A stretch of 64,000 nucleotides of DNA, from NCBI GenBank assembly GCA_963666285.1, contig OY762711.1; one strand, written 5' to 3'. The position numbers and the translations under genes are program-made. The notes beneath the pieces were generated by a model. It ran no database searches, had not been told where the DNA came from, and saw only the letters and a program-made list of their open reading frames with translations. Of the stretch, positions 9,546 through 18,459 are shown one piece after another (position 1 is the stretch's first letter; every line of letters starts with the position of its first letter). This DNA comes from Sedimentisphaerales bacterium (lineage in GTDB: Bacteria > Planctomycetota > Phycisphaerae > Sedimentisphaerales > SM23-30).

Positions 9546-10144
9546 TAATACGCGTGAAAACTTGCCGCGGGCAGCGAAACTCCATCGGCTACCTGCGGAG
9601 ACCTCGCGGCGGGTGTACGGAGGTATCGCGGCGGCAAGCGGCGGCAGCGCGGCGTTAAAAAGAGAAACGGCGGCTCGTCCCGGCGAACGTCGATCAACGG
9701 CGGGCTATTGAGACAGCGCGACGGTTAGCGGCGGCTTACGGAGGCCCAACGGATTAGCGCGGCGGCGAGAAGAGCTCTTCTTACCTTACGGCATACCTAC
9801 GGAGGCTACGCGGCGATAGTACGGCGGCCAACGGAGGGTACGCGGCGGGCCACGGAGCCATAACGGCGAATATTCACTCTGTGCCAATCCGCCGGATTTT
9901 CACCACTGGGCTGACCAGATGCCGCTCCGCGGCATCTGAAGTGTAAAGGGTAAAATAAAAAGAGTAAAGGAGGTGTCCCGATGTACATCGGGACGACTTA
10001 TTTTAAAGCTGACGCGTGAGTAAATTTTATATCAAAATTGCAGTATCTGTCTGAAATCTGAAAATTAAGAGGAGTGGTGAGCTACGCTAAATTAAAAATG
10101 AAAAATTAAGGTGTCCTGATGTACGTTGACCAGGAATAATTCGC
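9546..10144 (+). repeat. ~600 bp non-coding element, copy B (inverted copy of 5385-5994), with a 10-11 bp phased RCGG(A/C)G array and palindromes
   Basis: CGG cores at 9586, 9596, 9607, 9618, 9629, 9639, 9650; 9729, 9739, 9750, 9760; and 9789, 9800, 9811, 9822, 9832, 9843, 9853, 9864. Palindromes at 9768-9781, 9916-9938 and 9975-9994. Confidence 0.92.
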
Positions 10145-10970
10145 ATTTGCGGACAACTTGTTTTAAACGGCTACGCCTTATAAGAGAACCGCTGATGAAC
10201 ACCGATGCACACCGATAAAGAAAAGAAATGGAAAGCGATTGGCAGATGAGCAGTAGAACAGGAAAGTTGAAGTTCAAGTAATTTTGAAATGATTTATTTC
10301 TCGCAAAGACCGCGAAGCTCGCAAAGGATTTGAGCTGTGAATAATGAAATGGTAAATACTGACTAATACTGTCTGGGCAAAAAACGGTTGTAATTTTTTG
10401 GTAATTGGAATATGTTTTGGGGAGTGGGTATTAATTTGCGGGCAGATTGTTTTAAACGGCTACGCCTTATAAGAGAACCACTGATAAACACCGATGCACA
10501 CCGATAAAGAAAAGAAATGGAAAGCGATTGGCAGATGAGCAGTAGAGCAGGAAAAGGAAAGTTGAAGTTCAAGTAATTTTGAAATGATTTATCTCTCGCA
10601 GAGACCGCGAAGCTCGCAAAGGAATTGAGCTGTGAATAATGAAATGGTAAATACTGACTAATACTGTCAGGGCAAAAAACGGTTGTAATTTTTTGGTAAT
10701 TGGAATATGTTTTGGGGAGTGGGTATTAATATGCTGACAGTTTGTTTTAAGCGGCTACGCCTTATAAGCGAACCACTGATAAACACCGATGCACACCGAT
10801 AAAGAAAGAAAAAATGGAAATCGATTGGCAGATGAGCAGTAGAACAGGAAAAAGAAAGTTGAAGTTCAAGTAATTTTGAAATGATTTATCTCTTGCAGAG
10901 GATTTGAGCTGTAAATAATAAAACAGTAAATATTGGCTAATACTGTCTGTCAAAAAACGGTCGTATAAAA
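10145..10970 (+). repeat. Tandem repeat of ~290 bp, three copies (third partial)
   Basis: Units start at about 10145, 10434 and 10729 (periods 289 and 295 bp). Each contains TTGTTTTAARCGGCTACGCCTTATAAG, ACACCGATGCACACCGATAAAG and GATTGGCAGATGAGCAGTAGA. Confidence 0.93.
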
Positions 10971-11097
10971 ATGACAAATACCGGAGGCACTTGCGTCTTC
11001 ACCTTTGGCAACGACGCGACGGAGATGTGCCTATTTAAACCGCCTGTTGACGTAAATACCATTCCTGCAATTTTGCTGATGTTCGCAGATAATAATA

Positions 11098-12537
11098 TTA
11101 TTTTTGCCATAGCCAGTCAGCTGCAAATTGGGCGAGGTCGGCCAGGTCGATATTGTTATCGTTGTTGCTGTCGTGACGGTGGCGGTGTTCCATAGTGAAA
11201 GTATAATTACCGCCGGCCTGACCGTCATTGTCACCGTCGATTGAGTTGCCGGTTGCTGAACTTACAACGGAGTCTTTTACAATGATAGTGTATTTATCAT
11301 TGAGTAGAGTTTCGCCGAAAGCAATGATAAGAAATGAGCTACCGCTGCCGGTAACGCTAAGCGGAATGGTTTCGCCGGTTTCGTTAGTGATTTCAATATC
11401 ACTGTTGTTGAACTCTATGATATCGTTGAAGAACAGGGTTGCAGAATCTATACCGTTCTCGTTGGTATATACACCATCAGTTGGATTTTTCGGTTCGCGC
11501 ATGACAAATTCGGGGCCAATAGTTACAGCGTCAGCTTTATAGATATGCCATATGCCGTTAGCATCTGATACATACATATGCATACTGTCGTCGCTGACAG
11601 TTATTGACTCAATATTATAAAACCCCTTGGCAAATTCACTATCGGAACCATCCGGTTCAACTGCTTGAACCGCATTAGTATAGCGTTCGGTGACATATAA
11701 TTGTTGGCCAAACGAACCGCCATTGCTAAAGGCGAGGTCACGATATTGTCGACTGTTTGTATGGACAGGTGAATTTAACTCAGACCATACCCATTCAGTT
11801 TCAATATTATATAATTGATAGATTACACATTTTTGGTCATGGTTATAATCCCAATCTACCATAGTCAATCTTCCATTATATAACCCAGTTGAGTCGGTTT
11901 TCATACCCCAAATATCTAGGTCTGTTCTTCCTATTGGAAGTGAATTTTGAGATATCTTAGTCATGTTGAAACTAGTGTCTGCAATGTACAAGCTAGAACC
12001 ACCAGTAACATGTCCATCAACGAGAATTATATTAGCATTAGATGATTTATCGATAACAAAATCAAATATGCAACATAAATAATCAGAACTGTCTCCAAGA
12101 GCAGATTCAACTGTAAATTGATTCATTCCAGAAAGACGAATTAAATTAGTCCTATTTGTTTCATTATTATTATCGCTGTCGTATTGTACTGATATGAAAA
12201 GCTCACTACTAAACTGACCGGTCCAATCAAAACGAATTGAACGAACATCGCTAACATTCGGGTAGCCACTTTTAATTCCTATTGATGTTACAATTCCATT
12301 AGATATCCTAAAAACTTTAAGTATCCCATTATCAACACCAGCAGCAACTACACCTGTGCCATAAGCTGGATTTCTAACTGCTTCCAGTCTAGGTGTTTGG
12401 CCGTCCAGAGCAGATATGATATGTGTTACGACAAAATTTGTATCAGGATTGCCATCTGGTCCAACTACATATGGGTCAGCAAAAACTAAAGCAGGCAAGC
12501 AGAGAGTGATTGTTAAACTTAAAATAGTAGACTTCAT
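11098..12537 (-). CDS. Secreted protein with beta-propeller-like region, Ig-like domain and C-terminal dockerin-like motif
   Basis: Start moved to MKSTILSL (ATG 12537, GAGG RBS); signal peptide; L.NDKYTI.V.D.V....GNSIDGDNDG.AGGNY.F.F (Ig-like); DSNNDNNIDLADLAQFAADWL. Confidence 0.75.
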   Translation of the reverse strand: MKSTILSLTITLCLPALVFADPYVVGPDGNPDTNFVVTHIISALDGQTPRLEAVRNPAYGTGVVAAGVDNGILKVFRISNGIVTSIGIKSGYPNVSDVRSIRFDWTGQFSSELFISVQYDSDNNNETNRTNLIRLSGMNQFTVESALGDSSDYLCCIFDFVIDKSSNANIILVDGHVTGGSSLYIADTSFNMTKISQNSLPIGRTDLDIWGMKTDSTGLYNGRLTMVDWDYNHDQKCVIYQLYNIETEWVWSELNSPVHTNSRQYRDLAFSNGGSFGQQLYVTERYTNAVQAVEPDGSDSEFAKGFYNIESITVSDDSMHMYVSDANGIWHIYKADAVTIGPEFVMREPKNPTDGVYTNENGIDSATLFFNDIIEFNNSDIEITNETGETIPLSVTGSGSSFLIIAFGETLLNDKYTIIVKDSVVSSATGNSIDGDNDGQAGGNYTFTMEHRHRHDSNNDNNIDLADLAQFAADWLWQK

Positions 12538-13061
12538 TATATTGATCCTCAAATAAAATTTATCTTTATTCGTAACTTGAAGGTGAATTACAAGCGGGTA
12601 TAAAAGCAATTTCCAGAGGTCACCTAAATAATAAGCAACCATCAAAATTTACGTCCTATAACTGTGTATATGATAGCTGTCATTTTTTGAAAAAACAAGT
12701 ATTTGTAAATGATTTCATGATGGGAGCAGGGTTTGAGGTGGTTGTGTGTTTGGGTTATGTTTATTTTTTATAAGTATTTATGTGGATTTTGGTAATATGT
12801 TTTTGTGTAAAATTTATGCAATGGGTGAAAAAATGTAATTTATGCGGTTTTGGCGGGGTATAAGTAGTTGTGTAAGTAAAAGCGTTAAAAAATGTGATAA
12901 AAGATATGAGTGGCAACGGAGGTGAGACGATAGTAGTTGGGAGGTTTTACCGGTGTAGTTATTTTTATTGAGAATTACGATAATTGCCTGTATATTAAGG
13001 GTTTGTTGAAAGTTTTTATGCCGGAATGAAGGCGAGATTCAGAAAGATAAGGGTTTGAAAC

Positions 13062-15428
13062 TTGTACAAACGGTCGATTAACATATTGCTGCTGTTGCTA
13101 TTTTATGCCGGGATGGTTATGGGCCAGGTGGTGGTCAATGAAGTTGAGGAGAGCAAGATAGAGTCCGGTGTGGAAGTGTCGGTCAGCAGGTTAACCGTGG
13201 AAGAGCAGGTAGAGCAGTTGATACTGGATGCCTTTGGCGATACGGACGGTTATGTCGAGCTGCTTGATAAGGCGCAGGCTTTGGCGAAGGATATGCCCGA
13301 AGGAAAGTCAGGATTTTTCGAAGTGTATATTAACCAGAGCAAGCTTCGGATAGCGGCGTCCAAGGTTAGTGTAAGGCTGGAGAATGGCGAAGAGGGAGTA
13401 GAATTGTCGATGCAGGCGAGGCTGCTGGCGAAAGGGCTGGCGGAGTCTGCCGAACAGATGGAAGAGTTGAAAGCCGGGCTGAATAAGAAGCTTGAAGATA
13501 TCAAGATGTATAACCGTAAGCAGCGAGGGCGGATGCTGGGGTTGATAAGTCGCTGCGAATATAGTAACGGCTGGGTGTATTATTCGATATCGACAATAGC
13601 AGGAAACGGTTTGAAGGAGCATTTCTTAAGCGAGGCGGAGAAGATCTTTACGCGTTTTCTGGCGAAGGACTATCAGGCAGTGAATCTGCCGGTAATGGTG
13701 AACTGCCTGTATGGTAAGGGTCTGTGCCTGAGAGATTCCGGCAGGTATTATGATCTGCTGGTGATGCTGGATACGATGTCGGTGAGTGATTCCAATGCGG
13801 TAAAGTTTGCACGATTGCGGCTGGCGGCTTCGGTGAAGCTGAGTTTGAGTGTCGAGATATTGAGGGTGGTGCAGGAGTATTTTGAAGATGATGCAATTGA
13901 TAAGCGTCTGACGGGTGAGGAGCTGGAGATGCTGGTGAATTGTATCGAGGCGGGCGTCAGGCTGCTGGACAGGGATTTGCCGATAAAGATGAAAATGTCT
14001 TTGCGAAAGCAGCTGGTTAAGGCGATAGACCGTACAGAAGGTTACGGTCAGTACTGGCAGGACCGGGTGAGCGATTTACTGGGTGATCTGGATTTGAAGA
14101 GTCCTTATGTTAAGCTGCTGCAGGCTTACGATGAATCGGCTGACGGTCGAGACTACGAAAAGATATTCAGCCTGGCAGATGATGGTCTGAAGTTATGTGA
14201 TGAAAGTGAGCCGGAAAAGAAGAGTGAATTTTTGTATTTGAAGGTAATATCAAGCTGGAACTCGAAGAAATTTGACGATGCGTGGGGTTCGGCATATCTA
14301 TTTATGGAAGAGTTTCCCGGTAATGTTCATAGTGAGCAGGTGGCCGGGATATTATGCCAGGTTTCGATAAAGATAGTAGAGCAGGACCGGGCCAGGTTCA
14401 AGGAAGTTTACGGTAAATTGGCCGGTATGCTGGATAAGGGGCAGGTTGATAGCGAGGAGTATATGTGGACGAGCGGGTGTCTGCTAATTAATGCCGGGGA
14501 ATACAAGGAAGGGTATGAGTATTTCCACCAGGAGGAAGTGGTTGAAGTGCTGGAGGTAAAGAGCTATTACGGCATGCTGCTGGCGGTATTGCCGATGATG
14601 AGGGAGGGTGAGCTAACGGACCGCGAGGCAGTTGACAGTGTTGAGGAGTGCTGCAGGGAGTTTACCGCGAGTAATGGAAGTTTTGTGCAGACCAGCCACT
14701 TTGTCGAGGCGGCAGATATAATATGCGAGATAGCCAGTGAGCTTTTGGGCAGAGAGAAGTACGATCTTGCGGGGCGAATACTGGGTCTGGTAGAGTTTAT
14801 GCCGCATATTCGGGGTGAAATATTCGCAAAATATATGGGAGTAAATATATCTTATCGACTGGCGATGGGCGGCAGGCTGGATGAATTTATCGATGAGATA
14901 ACAAGTAAGAATCTGCATAATGATCCTAAGATATTTAACCTGCTGGTGAGTGAATCACGCAAACTTGAGATGGCGGCCGAGAAAGAAAATGAGCTGTTGA
15001 TACGGATATACCGGCTGCTGCTGAGCAGTAAGCTGCTGGATGATAAGAATGCGGTGGCGGTACGAATATACCTGGCACAATGTTATTACGGCAGCGGCGA
15101 TTACGTTCATTTTTTGAACCTGGCGGAGTCGATTGTAAAAAGTTACCCGATGCATGTTACTGTGGTTTTTTATCGCCAGATGGCGGTATCGTATCGAGAG
15201 GAGGGAGATTATGTCCGTTCGGCAGAATACTGGAATATGGTTTTACAGAATAGTGTCGAGATGAAAGAAGGCTGGAAAGAGGCTTTGTATAATAAGATTT
15301 TCTGTTATAATAAGGGCGGCGAGCGGGAGAAAGCAAGCCAGATCATGAATCTGGCGTTATTACGCAGGCCAGAGCTATTGGAGGAAGAGCGGTTTAAGAC
15401 ATTGAAGGGCGAGATGGGTAATGAGTAA
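13062..15428 (+). CDS. Large secreted alpha-helical (TPR-like) protein
   Basis: 788-aa ORF; signal peptide; helical repeats such as LYGKGLCL, YLAQCYY..GDY and W.EALYN...CY..GG..EKA. Confidence 0.65.
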   Translation: MYKRSINILLLLLFYAGMVMGQVVVNEVEESKIESGVEVSVSRLTVEEQVEQLILDAFGDTDGYVELLDKAQALAKDMPEGKSGFFEVYINQSKLRIAASKVSVRLENGEEGVELSMQARLLAKGLAESAEQMEELKAGLNKKLEDIKMYNRKQRGRMLGLISRCEYSNGWVYYSISTIAGNGLKEHFLSEAEKIFTRFLAKDYQAVNLPVMVNCLYGKGLCLRDSGRYYDLLVMLDTMSVSDSNAVKFARLRLAASVKLSLSVEILRVVQEYFEDDAIDKRLTGEELEMLVNCIEAGVRLLDRDLPIKMKMSLRKQLVKAIDRTEGYGQYWQDRVSDLLGDLDLKSPYVKLLQAYDESADGRDYEKIFSLADDGLKLCDESEPEKKSEFLYLKVISSWNSKKFDDAWGSAYLFMEEFPGNVHSEQVAGILCQVSIKIVEQDRARFKEVYGKLAGMLDKGQVDSEEYMWTSGCLLINAGEYKEGYEYFHQEEVVEVLEVKSYYGMLLAVLPMMREGELTDREAVDSVEECCREFTASNGSFVQTSHFVEAADIICEIASELLGREKYDLAGRILGLVEFMPHIRGEIFAKYMGVNISYRLAMGGRLDEFIDEITSKNLHNDPKIFNLLVSESRKLEMAAEKENELLIRIYRLLLSSKLLDDKNAVAVRIYLAQCYYGSGDYVHFLNLAESIVKSYPMHVTVVFYRQMAVSYREEGDYVRSAEYWNMVLQNSVEMKEGWKEALYNKIFCYNKGGEREKASQIMNLALLRRPELLEEERFKTLKGEMGNE

Positions 15429-15540
15429 TTGATGCCGGTTATGATCAGTGTTTTTTTGCATGGATAAAGGCAAAAGTTTGAATTTATTTGTGAAAATATT
15501 AATCAGGAGAGCGAAGTTTTAAGTTTTCGGAAATTGCATT

Positions 15541-18459
15541 ATGGCTGAGTGGAAGATTGTATACAAAATATTGAATATATCGACGGATAGAGAGCCCAAT
15601 GCCTGGGAGATACTTGGGGTCGATCGCAGAGAGAATGATCTTCGCAAGATATTGTCCGCGTTTGAAGAGCGCAAGCGTATACTGGCAGCCGGAGTTACGG
15701 GTCAGCGTCAAATGGTCCTGATACGCAAATTTCAGCAGGAAGTTCTGGTGCCGGCGTTTAATAAAGTATGTACCGAAGCCGAACGTGACGAAGTTGAGGA
15801 TCTGGAAGAGCCTGAAACAATCGAGGAAGAGATACCGGAAGTTGAAGAAGATGAATTTCGTTTGAAAGAAACAGATGACGATAATGTTTATTCGTTGGCA
15901 ACGGGAGATTATATAGATGCCGATGAATTTCTTAAACCGGACGAAAAGTCTGCTCCAGTTGAGGCGGAGGATGACGACAGAGGGGCAATTCCATTTTTGG
16001 AAGTAATGGAGGACAGCGTCAGTTCAGAGGCTATAGAAGCAAAAGCAGAACCTGACAGTAAGAAGTCCAATGATGATAGTGATGATTACCAGGTGCCTGT
16101 GCTGCTGGATGCGGATCAGTTTGTGCCGGAGCTTGAGTCTTCGCAGGAACTGCAGGCGTTGCAAAATGTGATGGATGACTCTAAGGTTGAGGAGCAGCTT
16201 GACAGTTTTGAAGAGTTGGGTGTGGCTGAAGAAGAAGAGGGAGAAGAACCGAAGAAACAGAAAAAGCAGCTTGGCCGAGAAAAGTACCTTCTGTATTTAA
16301 TTGCAATAATACCATTTATTGCGCTTGGAGTATTTGCAATTGTTTTGATGAATATGGATCCGGAAAAGGACGGTGGGGCTGATACGGTAGAAGTTGGGCA
16401 GGTGTCTGAAGTAGAAAGCGGGCAGGATACAGGTTTGGCGGCAGATGCGGGTGATGGAAGCATGGACCCAGATAAGCCGGACAAACAGGCATCGGTAACA
16501 GAGGCTGTATTGCCAGAGAATAAGAAGTTGTCGCTGGGAGTCAAGTCTGTCGAGGTGCCGGTAAGGTTTTCATTTTTGATCGACGAGGTGAGGGCGAGTT
16601 TCTCAGACGGTTCAAGTTCGGTAGAAATTCTTGAGGATATAGCTGTAATTCTGAAGGCGTGGCAAATAATAGTGCAGAATGCACCGGAGACCTCTGATTA
16701 TGTTTTAATGCTGCAGAATATGCGGCACAGGGGCAGAGCTGATAAAATTTTTGATTTGAAATCATCCGGGGTCGATTACCTCGATTCAATTTTAAGTAAG
16801 CCGGACAGTTCGATAGATTTTCCGATAGAGTTTTTCCGGGAAGAGTTTGATTCAGGAGATAAGGTCAGGATATGGCGGGCAATAGAGCTGGCGGGTATTT
16901 CCGGAAGTACTTCGCTGCAGGAATTTATTTTTGACGAACTGGATAAGAAGAAGGACCAGGAACTAGCCTGCAGGATGATCCGTGCGTTGTGTATCTGGTC
17001 ATCGGCAACAGAGCAACTGGCTATGCTGGATTTGCTGAAGCCGGGCAAGCGTGAATTGGCGAAGATGATGTTCGGTAACCTGCTGATACGTTATGAGATC
17101 GATCCGCTGTCGTCCGGTGCCTATGAAAGTCTGCTGCCCCATAGCTTTACAAGCCGGGATCTGGCCAGGACTATGGAATGGTGGCAGAATTATCTTTTGC
17201 GATTGTCGCCGTCGATGGCGGTAAGCAGTGGGTTGGTTTCCGGTAATATGGGTGTGTCAAGAGCTCAAGGGGCAGACAGGATAACAGAAACTTCATACCA
17301 GGGCAATGTCTTGGCGGTAATATGGAAGAATTCGATCGAGTTGAGTGCCGCGTTAAGAAGTACCCGCGGCATGCCTTTACTGTCGCCAGATATAGAGATT
17401 AATCCATCGATAACATATCCGGTCAGCCAGGTATTATTCAGAAGTGTAAAACAGCTTTCAGAGGGGCTGCTTGCGGTCATGTACGATGAATATTCGAAGG
17501 AGGATTTTTTAGAGGATCTGGATATTCTTCGTTTTCATGCGTTGGAGTATGAGTTTGGTGATGTTGATCTTCGCGCTCCGTATAAGGCTGAGGAAGTGTC
17601 AGTGTATTGCGACCTGATCTCCGGCGGTGAGTTTTCCGGAAAATTTAAGACAGCACAGCTAATTGAAGGGCAATCGCCATTGTTAGCAGTTCGCAAGAGC
17701 CTGTTCGAAGCAATGACAAAATATGCGGCAAGTTCGATAGTAGATTATAAGTCAGATTTTATAGGAGATGTATCATATTATATTGAACTTGACTTTGACT
17801 TTGAGTTGAATAACGAATATGAGCTGGTAAATGAATCGGAAGAGAAACTCAAGCAATTACTGGAGGAGTTTCGTTCGGAGCCGTTTTCGGTAGATAAATT
17901 TAACAAGGTTCGTACCGCGAGCAGCCAGGCGGATATGCAGGGTAAGGCCGGCCTAGCCTATTTACAGCTGGCGATAAAGGCGATGCAGTCGAATAATAAA
18001 AATGATGCAGGCGCGATGGCAATAGATTGTTTTAAGAATGCGATGAAATGGCCGGAGAGCCGTGCGATATTAAAAAGTTATACCCCTGGATTATTTGAAT
18101 CTCTATCGGAAGATCCAGATCACCGATGTTCTTATTGTGGAGATACCGGATATAGATTGTGTCCAGAATGTGACGGTATGATTTTTGTATTGTGCCAGGA
18201 ATGCAGGGGAAGCGGCGCTGTGACGGTGCGTCTGGAAGGTCGTGTGACCTGTCCGGATTGCGGAGGTTATGGTATAGTGCCATGCTGGGAATGTGCCGGA
18301 ACGGGAGTGGTTCCATGTATGGAATGTTATGATTACCTGACATCACAGGAACTGTTTTTGCCGGATGATGAAGTTTTGAAGGAACTGCAGCAGGAGATAA
18401 ACCTGGCTACATTGCAGATAAGGGTAGATGTAAAGCCTAAGACGACTTCAGGAAATTGA
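15541..18459 (+). CDS. Single-pass membrane protein: planctomycete-type N-terminal 'P..W/Y.ILGV' domain, acidic linker, TM helix, C-terminal DnaJ-type CxxCxGxG repeats
   Basis: YKILNI....PNAWEILGV; E/D-rich region; TM YLLYLIAIIPFIALGVFAIVLM; CSYCGDTG, CPECDG, CQECRGSG, CPDCGGYG, CWECAGTG, CMEC. Confidence 0.7.
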   Translation: MAEWKIVYKILNISTDREPNAWEILGVDRRENDLRKILSAFEERKRILAAGVTGQRQMVLIRKFQQEVLVPAFNKVCTEAERDEVEDLEEPETIEEEIPEVEEDEFRLKETDDDNVYSLATGDYIDADEFLKPDEKSAPVEAEDDDRGAIPFLEVMEDSVSSEAIEAKAEPDSKKSNDDSDDYQVPVLLDADQFVPELESSQELQALQNVMDDSKVEEQLDSFEELGVAEEEEGEEPKKQKKQLGREKYLLYLIAIIPFIALGVFAIVLMNMDPEKDGGADTVEVGQVSEVESGQDTGLAADAGDGSMDPDKPDKQASVTEAVLPENKKLSLGVKSVEVPVRFSFLIDEVRASFSDGSSSVEILEDIAVILKAWQIIVQNAPETSDYVLMLQNMRHRGRADKIFDLKSSGVDYLDSILSKPDSSIDFPIEFFREEFDSGDKVRIWRAIELAGISGSTSLQEFIFDELDKKKDQELACRMIRALCIWSSATEQLAMLDLLKPGKRELAKMMFGNLLIRYEIDPLSSGAYESLLPHSFTSRDLARTMEWWQNYLLRLSPSMAVSSGLVSGNMGVSRAQGADRITETSYQGNVLAVIWKNSIELSAALRSTRGMPLLSPDIEINPSITYPVSQVLFRSVKQLSEGLLAVMYDEYSKEDFLEDLDILRFHALEYEFGDVDLRAPYKAEEVSVYCDLISGGEFSGKFKTAQLIEGQSPLLAVRKSLFEAMTKYAASSIVDYKSDFIGDVSYYIELDFDFELNNEYELVNESEEKLKQLLEEFRSEPFSVDKFNKVRTASSQADMQGKAGLAYLQLAIKAMQSNNKNDAGAMAIDCFKNAMKWPESRAILKSYTPGLFESLSEDPDHRCSYCGDTGYRLCPECDGMIFVLCQECRGSGAVTVRLEGRVTCPDCGGYGIVPCWECAGTGVVPCMECYDYLTSQELFLPDDEVLKELQQEINLATLQIRVDVKPKTTSGN

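Noticed and set aside
9451..9711. Arg/Ala-rich ORFs over the elements (also 5675-5926)
   Set aside because: Products of GC-rich, stop-poor sequence; the frame is not conserved between copies because of a 1-bp indel.
9966..10019. Perfect SD (AAAGGAGGTG) followed by a 12-codon ORF MYIGTTYFKADA
   Set aside because: The SD is present in both copies, but copy A has ATA instead of ATG and a 1-bp deletion, so the peptide is not conserved.
5385..10144. Composite transposon or site-specific invertible cassette
   Set aside because: No transposase or recombinase, no terminal inverted repeats or target duplication found, the copies are diverged and the cargo is housekeeping-like.
10145..10970. CRISPR array
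   Set aside because: Units are ~290 bp and similar along their full length, with no unique spacers and no cas genes.
10986..11033. Imperfect hairpin AGGCAC...GCGTC...GACGC...GTGCCT downstream of the 11098-12537 gene
   Set aside because: Single copy in the window and no U-tract; it could be a REP or a weak terminator but cannot be supported.
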